Origin: Chrysomallon squamiferum
Lineage: Eukaryota; Animalia; Mollusca
Assembly (NCBI GenBank): GCA_012295275.1
Contig: CM022669.1
Coordinates: 15,934,001-15,998,000, forward strand
DNA: 64,000 nt
Direction of reading: 5' to 3'
Numbering within the stretch: the first letter of the stretch is position 1; every line of letters starts with the position of its first letter. A model generated the notes under the pieces. The model was not told the origin of the DNA. It saw nothing but the letters and a program-made list of their open reading frames with translations, and did not search any database. This document shows, one piece after another, positions 31,281 to 46,054 of the stretch. Position numbers and translations under genes: made by a program.

Positions 31281-31572
31281 TGTATGATTCTTCTTTTAAA
31301 TTAAGATATGTGAAATACTATATAAGTTATTTTATGTAATTGAATTGACTAAAACAAAGAAGAAAGTATTGCAACAAGTTCTTAATGTCACCTGTTTTAT
31401 GATTGTTGTTTACTGGTTTGATTTTCACTATAAAACCTAAAATCGAAATAGCACACAAAAACATAATTATATATATGTCATGAGATGCAGTATGATAGAG
31501 ACATCGCTTTATCTTTCTTTTTTTTCTGTTTTTTTAATATTTTCTTTATTTCTTTATTTCTTTTATTATTTA

Positions 31573-31615
<43 letters not shown>

Positions 31616-31704
31616 TACTTTTTTTCTAGTTTTAAATAAAGTGTGATATAAAAATAGCATCCACTGAATATTGATGGTTACTGATACTTTTCACCTGTGT
31701 TTAA

Positions 31705-31763
31705 TGACGTCATATCGTAGGAAAATGTCACAGAGAGTTGCTTAGCATATCAAAATGACGTCA
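31705..31763. promoter_or_regulatory. Pair of perfect CRE palindromes (TGACGTCA)
   Basis: TGACGTCA at 31705-31712 and 31756-31763; a third copy at 21619-21626. The motifs are certain; function is unproven. Confidence 0.4.
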
Positions 31764-33650
31764 CTATTAAAGTCATTATTGCTATCGGTGCATCCTCAGT
31801 AGTTTGTAATTTTACTTTATGCTTCGTTATTATAAAACTTTAAAGTGTGTATTCATTAGGAAATATACAAAATGTATTTAGACTCATTAAACACATCATA
31901 AATATAATATTATTTTATACCACTACTACTACTACTACTACTACTACAGATATATATATATATATATATTAATACTAATATATTAAAAGGCAAAAGTTAT
32001 TGTCACACACAAAAGACAGCTATAACTGTTACATGTATGACTGTTATTAGTGATGTCACTACATTAGTAGTACTTCAGTTTTTTTTTACCTATATTCATA
32101 TATGCACGCACGCGCACTCATAATCTGTGTGTGAGTGTATGTGCATACATGCATGCACTCATGCATACATTTGTAGGTAGCACACGCACAGAAAAAGTGA
32201 GAGAGCTAGTCTTTTATTTCTGTTTTGTACACATTTCTACCTACTTAAAAACAAAATTAAAAGGATTAGTCAAAATCCTTTTACAGACGACAAAACTAAG
32301 CTGTCTAATCCAACTTCAGACGGTGGGTAGGATATCTTATAAATATTTAAAATACTACATTTGTGAGAAAAAAAAAAAAAAAAAAATGAAGATTAAAATA
32401 CATCATCTTCTGTACAAACCCTCGGAGAAAATTTGAAAAAAAAGCCAGAACAGCTATGATTGATTCGCTTTTGACCTGCAAATTCCGGATTAACACCGCG
32501 TCTATCAAAACGTACCAAGATTCTGAAAAATGAGCAACTGAAATACGCGTGGGACTACCACAAGACAAAGTTAATTTCAACTTGCAGTTGGTGAGATGAG
32601 GAAGATTAAATGTTATGGACTGCAGGTGCAGCGTGTCTGACTCGCTTTCAAAGAGTTCCTTGTCATCTAGGGATTACAGACATGCATTCCGTAACAAATA
32701 CCTAAAGACAGTTACTTAGAAATGAACGTAATCGAGTACCGCTACGACCATCAGCAATGAATACATAATCTGTAATGCGGTTATGCCATCAATTTGTCTG
32801 ATTGTCTCTCTCTGTCTTCATTATACCCCGATCCTCCTGGCTCATTTATTTCTTTTCTTTTCTTTCCTTTCGATTTTTTTTTTTTTTTTTTTTTTAAATT
32901 CCTTCTTTTTTGTCGCTTATTTCTTATTTCACGCTACTGAATGCCGGATTAAACTAGTAACAAGCGTAGCAGGTGCTAGGGGCCCCGAAATAAATATTTA
33001 CAAGCTGTCTGGCGTTATCGTAATATATCCTGATCTGGCAATGTTGCTATTTAAAATGTCAGGGGAGTTGCATTATTTTACTTCAGGTAACGTTACATCG
33101 AAGCGGATAAATCGGCTCAGATATTTCTTTCAAGTCATGCGGAGTTCTCTAAGCAAATTATTCTCGTAGGAATTTTATTTACTCGCCATTTTTGTTGTGA
33201 TAATTTTTTATTATTATTATTATTATTTACTTTTTTTATTTATTCATTTTTAATTTTAATTATTAAATTATTTATTTATTTTATTTTATTAATTTTTTTT
33301 TTATTGTTCATATATCAAATAACAATTTTCAAACTTTAAAAACAAACAAATTGTTCTTTAACGTGAATTTGAACTCATTTTTTCAAAATTTAGCGCCCAA
33401 TTATAATACACGCTTCAGATCCTGTAGCAAATCTCAATCCTCAACTCAGTTATTATTATTATTATTTTCTTTTTTCTTATGTTACTTTTTACATATAGCC
33501 ACCTATCTTCCTAATCATTGTCTGCATTTATGTTCATTAGATAATATCTCTCTTTGTATCTCTCGCTCTATTTTCCCTCTGTCTCTTTGCTTTTTTGTCA
33601 ATCTGACTTTTTTTCTCACTGTTTGTGTGTTTGAATCTCTCTCTCTCTCA

Positions 33651-33720
<70 letters not shown>

Positions 33721-34493
33721 ATATCTCTCACAGTTCGTTCATTGCAAATACGAATATTACATTATTATTATTATTCTTATTATATGATACGTTCCAGTGA
33801 ATTGTGATCAAGAAATTAAAATAAACAACTACTGTACTATAATCAAAAAAGGTCTTTCATCCAAAAAGCACTGCGATATTACTAAAAACTTTAATAGAAG
33901 CCGTGAAGAACTTAATGAAAATCTAACAGATGCCTTTCATTTACTGCCAATATTATATAAAAAAGCTTCACGGCAAATCCGTATCGTTTGGTAATTCACA
34001 GTAATTTGGGTGAATAGCAACCCGACTGAAGCACTCCGCGGTTATACTGCTTTAATCGCAGTATTTAAACTAGCTACAATTTCGTGAAATTACTCGACAC
34101 AGTTTCGAGGCCGTCTGCATTGGTGAATACGGTTTGAAATTAGAAGGAAATTAGTTCCTGTAACAACAATTATGTCTTCAGTTCCTTCTAAACTTTGAAA
34201 CTGTCAAGTTTATGTTGATAGAACTACGCACTGCAATGCAAAACATTTAATATTTTTGATGGAAAAATAAAGACAATCTTCATGCACTACAACCAGTATA
34301 TGTCCCAAAATATTTTTTGGTGAAATAGTTTTAGATTAATACATAGCTTAAGAAATGATGTGAGAGTGCAATATTTTCTGAATATTACTATAACGGTATT
34401 TTGGGGATTCTCGTTTATTTTTCACACTTCTTTATCAGTTCTGGAAACCATCTTCTATTTATATATGTTTGTGTGTCTGTGAGTTTTGTCTAT

Positions 34494-34497
<4 letters not shown>

Positions 34498-34591
<94 letters not shown>

Positions 34592-34655
34592 CTCCCTCTC
34601 TCCATACCTCCCTCCCTCCGTCCCTCCCTCCCTCTCTCTCCTCCCCCCCCTCCCT

Positions 34656-34731
<76 letters not shown>
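34498..34731. repeat. (CT)n - C-rich spacer - (CT)n polypyrimidine tract containing a minus-strand G4 motif
   Basis: About 230 bp of almost pure pyrimidine. C8-T-C3-T-C3-T-C3 at 34643-34662 reads GGGAGGGAGGGAG8 on the minus strand. Confidence 0.85.
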
Positions 34732-34737
<6 letters not shown>

Positions 34738-36954
34738 CTGTCTGTGTGTCTGTCTAAGACATATTTTATTCTGTGCCAACAAATTGAACACCCTCCCACG
34801 ATTACCATGAAATATCAGTTTTAAAGCTGCTATTCATTTTGATTGGTTTCACACAAAATAATTTAGCAATTATATGGTTTCTGCCATCTCATAATCAGTC
34901 AGACGTCTTGTCATTATGTATCAAGACTCCATTACACGGCGAAGTGATAAGTTTTGTCACCGAAAGTGGAGTTCGTGTACAAAAGCAGGTTCAGTTTCTA
35001 TCTCAAAGAGACGGACGATTACTCATAAAAGTACAAGACGAACGAAGTGAACAAATTAATATTTCATAAGTGTTCAGCACTATCTTCTTGAAATTACATC
35101 AGGAATTCTTCTGGATAAATGAAGCCGTCTAAGTAAGGATAGTATTTTTGTCTTCTTTAGCCGTTTCTTTTTTCTTTTTTTTTCTTTTATTTAACCAAGA
35201 TTTCGCAAGTTTTTATATGTTCATCTATCCATCTACAGAATTATCCTATCATTAATTTGTCCATCCAAGAACCAACGTTTTCATTCATCGTGCCTTTGCT
35301 GTACCATCCCTTCTTCTCTCCTTCCCTCCATCCCTCACTCCTTTCATCCATCTATCCGGATAACCTGATTCTTATAATCCATATCGTTTTATCTGTCTGT
35401 CCTTTAGTCCTTCCGTCCGTTTATTATTTCTGTCTTTAATCAGAAAAAAAGGTGTGTTTTATTTGTTTTTCTATCTCTCCATTTATCCGTGATTCACAAG
35501 CGCAAAATATTATTTTAAGAATAATAATAATAAATAAATTCTGTTCATTTATCTTTTCTCGGTTTCTTGAAAGAAAACAAACTTAACTGACACGCATGCG
35601 ATATGCAACATCTGTTTTCCAGAGCCAGACAACTAGAGACACATCATCAGACTGTCGTTTTTCTTAAATCCGATGATGATGTCATACGGCAAAGAAAATG
35701 TTGTCACCGTTTTCTGTCTGACGTTTTATGACAGAAACCATTAATCGCTTAATGAGCGTGTTGTTCAGACGCAGGTCACAGAGGAAGAAACTGGACTCGA
35801 AATGAATCGAGTTTAAAAAGGAAACTAAAAGCAAGTCTAAATTACTCGAGAAAATAGTTGCGAGTAAAGTGTTTGATACGGTGTATATTGTCATCCCTTG
35901 TTGATGCTGTTTATAACAGCCTTGCGTAAGAGGGATTCATTCAAGATAAATGAAAGCACAAATTTGGTAAAAAGGATAAAAGAAAATAGTCATCTGAGAA
36001 AAGAGACAGAGAATAAAGTTAATGTCGTTGCAGACCCAGAATAAAGCAGGATGAAAAAATGGATGTTCAAAACAGTGGGTCTTGTCTTTTTCATCTCGAC
36101 ATTTTCTCTTTTGTCTTATTTTATTTGTGTTTTTTCTGTTTCTTATTCTCTTAGTCTTTTGTTTTAAATTATTTTTGGTTCATATTTGAAGTTTTTGCTG
36201 TCCGTATTCATTGTAACATTACACTTACTTAACAACAGTAATGAACTACGTCTTCGTGTGTTAGACATGTTCAGTTGTTTTTTTGCCTTTGATGTAACTC
36301 AGTCGATGTCCTGGAATCACAGACAATTGAAAACAGGATAATTAAAATAAATATCAGACGCAGGCCAAAAGTAGATAATCTTTGTATTGGTATGAACTTC
36401 TGTACGATCGGTTTCGGGGCGAGAATGGTAACCAGTGCTGCCCGCGGGAAACACTAAAGTCGTAAGAATTCATCTTTATTTGCTTTGCAGATCAAAGAGA
36501 ATTACTGACTTCGGAAATTTACGATTAATGAACAAAAGCGAAAAGCGCCATTCGCTTCACTGGTTAATCCCCTAAATCTTACAATTTCAAGTGTCTGGAC
36601 TCTGTGGAGCAAGGATGAAATATAATTGCGGTACGGCCTATGTGATTTGATTGTGACTGTAATAAACTCAGCAAAATGATGAGGTTTATTTGGCGGTTAG
36701 ACTCATGATGAATATTTGGAGGACATCACAGCGCGGAGATTATGTGCATAAATACCGAGGATGAAGTAAAACATTTTATTAAATTACATATAGAACAAAT
36801 TCCGCGAATGGTTAAAAACAACATACGTTAGACGTCTTGCAGGAAATTATGTCTGCTTTTGAATGTTTTTATTTGGGTTTTGAATTCTTGCCATTTAGCA
36901 GCTGAAAAAAAAGCTGAATTGAGACATAAAGTTGGCTTAATGGCTGGCATATTC

Positions 36955-36991
<37 letters not shown>

Positions 36992-37705
36992 GTTGTGTTC
37001 GTGCGCGTGTGTGTGTGTGCTTTTATTCATTTTCAACTCTTATATATTTATTTCCAGGAACAACAAACTTCGTTTATTTTTTCCAGCTGCACAAAGTGAA
37101 TAATGATGTTTCAATATGGTACATACGGTGCTTGTCATTTCGAATGAAATGCTTTCATACAACACTGGACTAGTATTCTTTCAGACATAATATATTGTAT
37201 TTTTTGTAAATCATTTAATGTCTCAAAATGTCCAAAAAGACAGTTACGTATTTCAGTGTTAAAACGTATGCTGTAACATGCGATACTGTATTCAGTGCAC
37301 ATAGATGCAGCAGAGAAATAATAATACGTAGAGAATATATAAAAGGAAAAAACAAAGTGTTGTATCTGTTGACGTTCTAGCATTATCGCTTCTTTAATGT
37401 TGCCATAAAATTTCTGATTCTGTCACTGCAGATGATCACACAGATATTAAAAACTTTAAGATTGCAAATTTTGTGACGTGGGCGTCAAGGCATACCGCTG
37501 TGAATGTGACATTACTCCGTGTAATGTTCTGTCATCTTAAATCAGTTCAAAACTCCACATCGTTTTCGTCTTCTCTGTTAAAAAAAAAAATAAAAAAAAA
37601 AAAATAATAATAACAAAAATGAAAGGAGAGGAAAATAAATAATGGCAGATCACTGCAAATAGCAAATACTTGACCATTAAACAATGATTTGGAAATTATA
37701 GCAAA

Positions 37706-37743
<38 letters not shown>

Positions 37744-38581
37744 ACTAATAAAATACAAATTTGAAGAATAAAAACATATATCAATATTTTTATCGTTTTG
37801 CAAAATGTTATAAGAAAAAGAAGAAACAAAAGATGTTTCTGATTCTCTGATAGTAAACATAACTGAAAGACTGCTAATACATGCTGTTTTAAATTAATCA
37901 CCTGTACGCTGAACATTATTGCAAAACTATACATGCTATTTTAAAACATTGACTGCGTATGTAACTACAAGTATATGCTTATTCTCTTACAGATGACTTT
38001 GTGTATCAATGTAAAATCTGTAACGTATTCTTCTAAGTCTGTAGGTTACACGTCACGGAAATAGTTTAAAGGTTTCTCTTTACAACCATACAGTTTCATT
38101 ATTTTGTCTAAAGCATCCGCAAATTTATGTAAATGAAAACACGACGTCATTTAAAGCGCTGGCTTTAAAATCAGTTCAAAGGAAAGGATTATTTTCCTAA
38201 TGAAAATAGTCCAGTTACGGTTTCAGAAGTGTCAAACTATTACGTTTAGCTTTGAATGTGTTCTTTCATTTTCACCACAAAGATTCTTTCTGTCACGCAA
38301 GATTTCCATATTGGTGAAAATGAAACACTTTGTGTAGAAACACTGTCATGATTCAATGAGGAAAGCTTTGAAGAAGCAATTGTGAACTCAACTGGAAAGA
38401 AGAATTGTGACTTGTTCTATGGATTCCTCGAGTATTCTTGCTCGTACAGTGTCATACGACTAAAACTGGACCAGGGTTAAGATTATCTTTGTCAATGTTA
38501 AACAAATGTGAAACTCATGATGGCCTATATTTCGTCTTGTTTTTTATTATTATTTGTTTTTATTTTATATTCTTCTTCTTC

Positions 38582-38656
<75 letters not shown>

Positions 38657-38657
38657 A

Positions 38658-38742
<85 letters not shown>
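38582..38742. repeat. (TTA)n-(TA)n-(TACA)n-(TA)n compound microsatellite
   Basis: Directly visible. Confidence 0.95.
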
Positions 38743-38746
<4 letters not shown>

Positions 38747-39074
38747 ATGTCCAGCTTATCGATTTTTGTTTTTGACTATTCAAACCTGTAATGAAACAGT
38801 AAAGATTTTCTAGAAAAAAATTATAAGAGAAAAAATATATAATACGTTTTGAGTGTCAAATTACGGATTTTTTTTTTGGTTGGTTTTTTATTTTATTTTC
38901 TTGCCTTCTTCTTGCTTTCAGCTAAATCAAAGCAACCGTAAATGGAAATTTAAATAGGGAAGAAGCAGACTGTATTAAAGTGAAATTGTAGTACCTTCTT
39001 CAATACAGTCTGCAGCAAACTCTTTTTTTCTTCTGTTAAACAGGGTCAGCGATATTTTGAAATGAAACAAAGCA

Positions 39075-39140
<66 letters not shown>

Positions 39141-40429
39141 AAGAAGAAGAAGAAGAAAAGTGTAAAATAAATAGAAATAATAATAAAAAATGACAGTCTA
39201 ATCTGTTTTTGTTTATACTTCTATCATTTTTACAAAAGTACATCATTCCGGACGTTCTTTCCCGTGATGCGTAGTTGTTTAAAATTCTGGTATTAGGAGG
39301 CGAACACAAAATCGACAGAACTGTCATATTAGATCTGGCAGACTCGTTCCAAGAAACGGTTCAAATTCCATTTAATTTTCGTTCGTCTTATGCAGAGGAT
39401 TACTAAAGGTTCGTTAACTGAATTTAATGTCGTGTTGTAATGACGTCTATTGATTACAGACCTAGAACAATGCTGTTTCTGCTTTGATCGCGAAAGGTCG
39501 GTTATGCTGTTAAGAATGGATACTGCTTCATAACATGATATGCAGTTATTCTGAGAATTTCACAGTATAATAATAAAAGTATGTAGTTATAATGATTCAC
39601 CTCATCAAATATATTTGTTTTACGAACTCCGTGTCTCTTATAAATTTAGATATATAAAATTAGTAGATATAAAATTCTAATCTAAAGGATAAAACTGTTT
39701 ACCTTCTCTACAGATGGATTAAGTTAGGCTTGCATATAAAGAGTATCTAAATAGCCTTTTCTGTTCAAAAACGTATAGAAAACTGTTTCAGATATTGCAA
39801 TGCAGACAAATATACCAACACCCTCAAAAATCATAACTACCTTTGCAGAATAAGATAATGCAAAGCGTTCGCTAATGACTTCATGCCGTTACCACTGTGA
39901 TGAAGTACTGTAAATGATTTTGAAAAAGACAAGCTGTCTTTTAGAATATATTAAATAATTTGTTTTCTTTCTTTGTCTTTCAGCTTCATTACCGAACTAG
40001 ACTCTCCGACAAAATGGACGTCATCAATAACAAGGGAAGGAGGTTTAAAGAGCGTTAAATTGCTTTTGGATAAGACAGCTGTACTTGTTTTTACGTTACT
40101 TTTCTCTTTCAGCTTTTAGATCTGGGAATGAAACGAGAAAAATCACAAGTCCTGTTTGTTTATGGTTGCTTCTATATATCTGTTTATAAATGCTTTCATC
40201 CTGTGTGCGTTTTATATGTTTGCGTCTATTTAATTTTCACATTCACCAAAATAAAATATTACTAATACATTTTTATCCATTTAGTTTTAATTTCTTGTTA
40301 CTTAAAAAACAACAAACACTTTTTAATCTGCTCTTTTCTTCTATATTTAACAGATTTCGTACAGTCAGCATTCATTTGAAGAATCAGCTATTTAACTGAA
40401 CTAACAAACACTTCTGTAGAATAAGCAAT

Positions 40430-40830
40430 ATGATAGCTCACGGAGAAAACATTTCTGTCGCTGTCAACCTGACGAACTTATCAACAACGACAGGAAATTT
40501 CGATGTCATGCCAGCTGCCGGCATTCCAGAAATTGTCTGTTTCAGCTTCCTCTTCTTCATCATCGGCATAGTCGGCATCACCGGCAACTTCCTCGTCATC
40601 TACGCCGTCGTTTGCGACAGGAAGATGAGAGCATCAGTGACCAATCTTTTGATTACAAACCTGGCTGTAGCCGATCTGCTCATCATGGTGTTTGGCATTC
40701 CAGAGATTATTCAGTTTATGATCAACAAAGGCTGGATTCTTGACCACTTGTCGTGTAAAGTGAACAGATTTATTCTGGTGGTGGCTCTGTACGCATCTGT
40801 CATGACTCTTGTCTCAATTTGCGTTGAACG
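40430..40830 (+). CDS. GPCR gene B, coding exon 1 (N-terminus + TM1-TM3)
   Basis: MIAHGENIS...GITGNFLV...NLAVAD...GWILDHLSCK...ICVER. Donor CG|GTGAGA at 40831 (phase 2). Sequons NIS, NLT, NLS. Confidence 0.95.
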
Positions 40831-40916
40831 GTGAGATTATCAGATTTGTTGAAAAACCTTTTTAAAACAAGAATTGATACTGATGTCCTTATTTTTGCTC
40901 TGTTATTTTCACTATT

Positions 40917-41025
<109 letters not shown>

Positions 41026-41188
41026 ATCTCAACGCCTATAAATGTAGAAAGTGTAAATATAGCTAACATTTTTGCAATTTTTTTTCACTGTCTGGACTGA
41101 CTTGCGTAACTGGATTATTACAAAATTCTAAAATTATTATTGTTATCATCATCATAAATAATAATAATAATAATAATAATAATATTAC

Positions 41189-41219
<31 letters not shown>

Positions 41220-41225
41220 GTTGTT

Positions 41226-41256
<31 letters not shown>

Positions 41257-42735
41257 TTACTGTCGTTGTTGATGTTGTTGTCCTCGAGTACAGAATTACA
41301 CACATATTCAGGAAGCAGTCGTTTTCTAAATACTGCAGAACAGAATGAACTCGTTCTCAGACACGAGCCCACGAACAAAAACTTATTATATGACCATGCA
41401 CGTCTAGCGCTCTAGTTTAACCTTACTTAAACTAATTTTGTTATCTATAATTGGTCGACTATTTTCAACTAGATTACAATGCGACCGAGACAAAAATTCT
41501 GTAGGTTTCACTTTCTTAGATGTTTCAGTGTCTAGGAGTGTCAATATACCTTCAGTTGGTTCATTTCGAGTTGGCTGCAGTTATGTAAATAGCTCGTGTT
41601 GATAGACCAACCCTGAAAGACATCCTTCTTAATCTACATCCGAAAGAATCATTTGTTATTAAATTAGGATGTTTGTTTGTCACTGGTATCGTTGAATTGT
41701 CTAAGATGTAATTGCGTTATTGAGAAACGAATAAATATTGTTTGGTCACTTCAGGCTTAGAGATGAACTTTTTGTGCTTGTTTGTCTTTGAGGATGCTCT
41801 GTAACTATTTTTTCCGCACCATCACATACACATACATATACACAGCCACAGCTATAATTAATATCAGACACACACATACATACGCACACACATATATATA
41901 AATAGATTCTTACATACATTCATCATACACACATATACAACATACATCATGCATACATGCATACTTAGACAATACAGAAACACACATGTATACATGCATA
42001 CACACATACATGCATTCATACAATTCATACATATATACATACATTTATACATACATACATACATACATACATACATACATACATACATACATACATACAT
42101 ACATACATACATAGATAGATCGACGCATCCAGACATACGTATACGCTTACAAACATACATACACCTACTTAGGTACAGAAAGCTATGTGTATGGGTTTTT
42201 GGTTTGATTTTTTAATTGATATATATCCATCATACTTTTATTTCTTTGCTGTTTTTTTTTTTTAATTTTTCATTTTTTTTATCTTATTATTTTTGTTAAA
42301 TATCAGTAATTTCTTTAACTTTAATATTATTAAATTACAAATTCAGTTATAATTATCTTTCTGATAAGACGATAACACTAAATCCAATACGCTCCATATC
42401 ACGCATCTTTTATACCGTTTTACAAACTGGACGATAAGGAAGGGTCCTTGCTAAGTCGTTAGCGTATTCCACATTCACAGAACAATCAATAGGAATAGTT
42501 ATATCTCACTTAATCTATAGATTACTCTTGCAATTTGAACAACTGTGATAGCCGTCCTTCCAACCACATCAAGCTTAACCTGCGGTCGTGGTGGTGTCCT
42601 AATTAAGATTGAAAGCTGTCCTGCATGGCGTGGATCAATTGCCCCCTGTGATGATTACCACCGCAGACCAAATGTTAAGTGTCGGATGAGAATCAAAAAC
42701 AGTGAGCTGCATTGATACTTCAGTGTTATTTATAT

Positions 42736-43151
42736 CTGAAGTTTATTAGTGCATACAAATTAAATATAGAAATTGGAAGGTGTAGGAAAATTTGATAGGG
42801 CCGAAAGAAAATGGACTAAATTTAACACTAATCGTATTGAAGACGAATATCATTTTATCCTTGTTTGCCCACCTATGAATGATCTGAGGATATTAAGCAG
42901 AGCGAACGCAAAGGTCCAAGCATACTTAGGCTCACTGAATTATTTGCAACTGAAAACAACAAAGACATCAATAGCCTGGGGAAATATTTAGTTTTGGCAA
43001 ATTAAGTTAGAGACGATTCACTGCAGCTTACTTAAAATATGACATAAACTAACTTGTCATTATATTAATCACAATTACTTCATATGGTACATTTCAATAT
43101 ATATAGAATTATTACTATTTCACAATAATGTTTCTAGTGCATACACATATA

Positions 43152-43202
<51 letters not shown>

Positions 43203-43302
43203 ACTCATACACACAGACATACACATAATGTTGTTTATCGTGTTTTTCTTGTTTACATGCATATATATATGCAACTTAAGGCGAATAAAGAACTGGAACT
43301 TG
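42736..43302 (+). mobile_element. Decayed 3' end of a non-LTR retrotransposon (LINE ORF2 C-terminal CCHC region + 3' UTR) in gene B intron
   Basis: Across frameshifts it reads LKFISAYKLNIEIGR / DRAERKwTKfNTNRIEDEYHFILVCPPMNDLR / GPSILRLTELFATENNKDINSLGKYL. This matches from memory the invertebrate LINE ORF2 tail (S-H-x-L-x-IE-x-GR...C-x2-C...ED-E-x-HF-x3-CP); both first Cys codons are one substitution away (TGG, TTT). It ends in AATAAA (43284) plus a GAACTG/GAACTTG tail. Clade not assigned. Confidence 0.75.
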
Positions 43303-43401
43303 TATGATTCGAAAACAATCCCAGAAAAAATTAGAATACGTCACCGATAGTGGGAATCAACTGGCCTTGTAACTGTTGAATATATTGCCACTGTTTACTG
43401 T

Positions 43402-43432
<31 letters not shown>

Positions 43433-45032
43433 CTTTCTTGCATGCTGTGATGAGTGTTTTAACAAATGCCCTGCGTGGGTGAATGCATATAAGTGTAAGT
43501 GCTTCAAAAACATTTCAGTTTTTCTTGTTGTTGTTGTTGTTGTTTTTCTTCTTCTTCTTCTTCTTATTTTTCATATTTATTCATAAGCTCAGTTAGTCCT
43601 TCACCCTAAGATTTACGGCTTTGTTTTAGAAAGAGTGAATGATCTGATCAAAACGATTTTTGTTTGACTGTATTCCGGCTGTGGTGTGAGGACTGCCACT
43701 GTTCGTTAGCGTTAATAATACGTTATCGCGTTTGATCCCGACTTGCCTGCTAATTATCATACGAAATCACCATCAGTGATTACAGACTGACAAATAGTTT
43801 ATGGATCCGTGAATGCTGCAAAACTTTTGTTGAGTTCAAAAGACGTTTTTCTCCTTAAGTTTTAATTATTATTTCTTTCCAAATTGATTATTACCATCTT
43901 CATCATAATTTTTCCTCTTTATTTTTGCTGTTGTTGTTCTTTTTCTTTTTTTCTAGTTTTAAAAACTATTGGTTACATATGGTCTATAATTCTGAGGAAT
44001 GCCTTGTGTAAGAAAAAGTATATATAATATATGTATGTGTGTGTGTGAGAGAGTGAGAGAGTGTGTGTAACGCCTGCATATACTTGTAATGGTGCGTTTT
44101 GAGTGCGAGGAAGGATAAGACAGTTATTCAATTAACTTACAAAATATTATCTAAATAACTGAAATTGATTTCTAGGAACGAAAATAAATGAAACAAAAAA
44201 TAGCATTATTTTATAAATTAATTAGTTTTAAGATTTATTTAAAATATATCCAGTAGAGTTACATGTACTGTTAAATAATACTCTCTCTATTTTAGATGTG
44301 AATATTGAATTTCAAAAAGAAAATCTATAAACTCGAAGTGATTACTTTGTTAAGGTGCACTTTGTAAACCTAAACGCAGCAATATTAGTTAACGATACGT
44401 TTTTAAAAACATAGTAGACACATACACATATAAAACTATTTCACGACGTATATATCTCAGCATTTAATAACTTATTAGAAATAATTTTCTTTCTGCAATA
44501 GAAATTAAGAGAAAAATTGTATGTTGTTCTCTTTTATCGACATTTCTTTCCTTGTTCCTTTCTTTTTCTTCTTATTTAGCTAATCTGTTTTACTCTTACT
44601 TTTTTCATTTTTAGAAACACTTTTTTTTTTATTCAGATCATCTAAATTTACGTAGTCCATGTATGAGATATACATTACACATCAAGCTATTGCTCACAGA
44701 CTGAGGAAATAAATTAGTGCTGTTATCTATTTTGACGTACATTTTCTAATACTTACTTCTGTCATTAATAATGACAAAGTTTTGACAAGAAGTTATTAAT
44801 CACTTTAATGCAATACTGATAGTATTAATGGACAGTTTATTCATTTAGTTACTTAAGTTTTGTTTGATGCTATTATTATTTCTTTTCTTTTTCTTATATA
44901 ACCTTTCTTTAAGCAGTCAGACATTACTCAGTTGATACGTTTTTTAATTTCAATACATTTTGACTCTGCAAATAGATTAGACATAACGATGAATCACTAA
45001 ATTAACTGCTAAAATTGTTTGACACAGAGATT

Positions 45033-45135
<103 letters not shown>

Positions 45136-46007
45136 ATTCATACATACAAACAGTGAGAAAAAAAAGACAGGAAAAAAGCAAAGAGACTGAGAGAAAATAG
45201 AGCGAGAGATACAAAGAGAGATATTATTTAATGAACATAAATGAAGACAATGATTAGGAAGATAGGTGGTTAGATATAAGAAATAAACAACAATAATAAT
45301 AATAATAATAACAATAATAACACTATAGATTGAAATGACTGAAAGAAGTACCGAGAGGCTAATGCGACACGTTTCATCGATACAGTTTTCCTATGAGAAC
45401 CGATGATCTGATACACCTATTTGCAAACCAAACACAACGCTGGCCTCTTTGCTAATACAATCAGAGCCGGCAGCATCAACACCTATTGACACAGATCTAA
45501 GGCTGCGTTTACTTATTGACTTCATTCCTCGTGGAACGTTGACACATTTAGAAATCGGTGACATTTGCTGCATTTGAATAAACAAAACATAAAGATTTTG
45601 TTTTGTGAGTTCCGCCGAAAGAGACCTGAAAGTAGTGTAATATTAGTTGTTGGTGGGTGCCAGAAATCGTGGGTGTTTTTATTTCTTAGGTGTTTTGATC
45701 ACTAAACGAAAGTAATAAATAAAAGATGATATCGGAATTGATTCTAAATAAAAAGATATTGTGTGTGAAAAAAAAATATTTAAGTAGATATATAAAAGAA
45801 GTCAAAGAAAGGATTGAAAGTCATATCACGATTAACTGTCGTTTAGCGTCAAACGTTATTTGAAACTGTATCACACTATAATGTCGAAACATCTTGAAAA
45901 AAATTCTTAACGACAGCAGTATTTCTACACAAACGACGGCAATAAAAAACCAACAAACTAATGGTAACAGTAATAACATCAACAGCAACAACATCAACAA
46001 CAACAAC

Positions 46008-46054
<47 letters not shown>

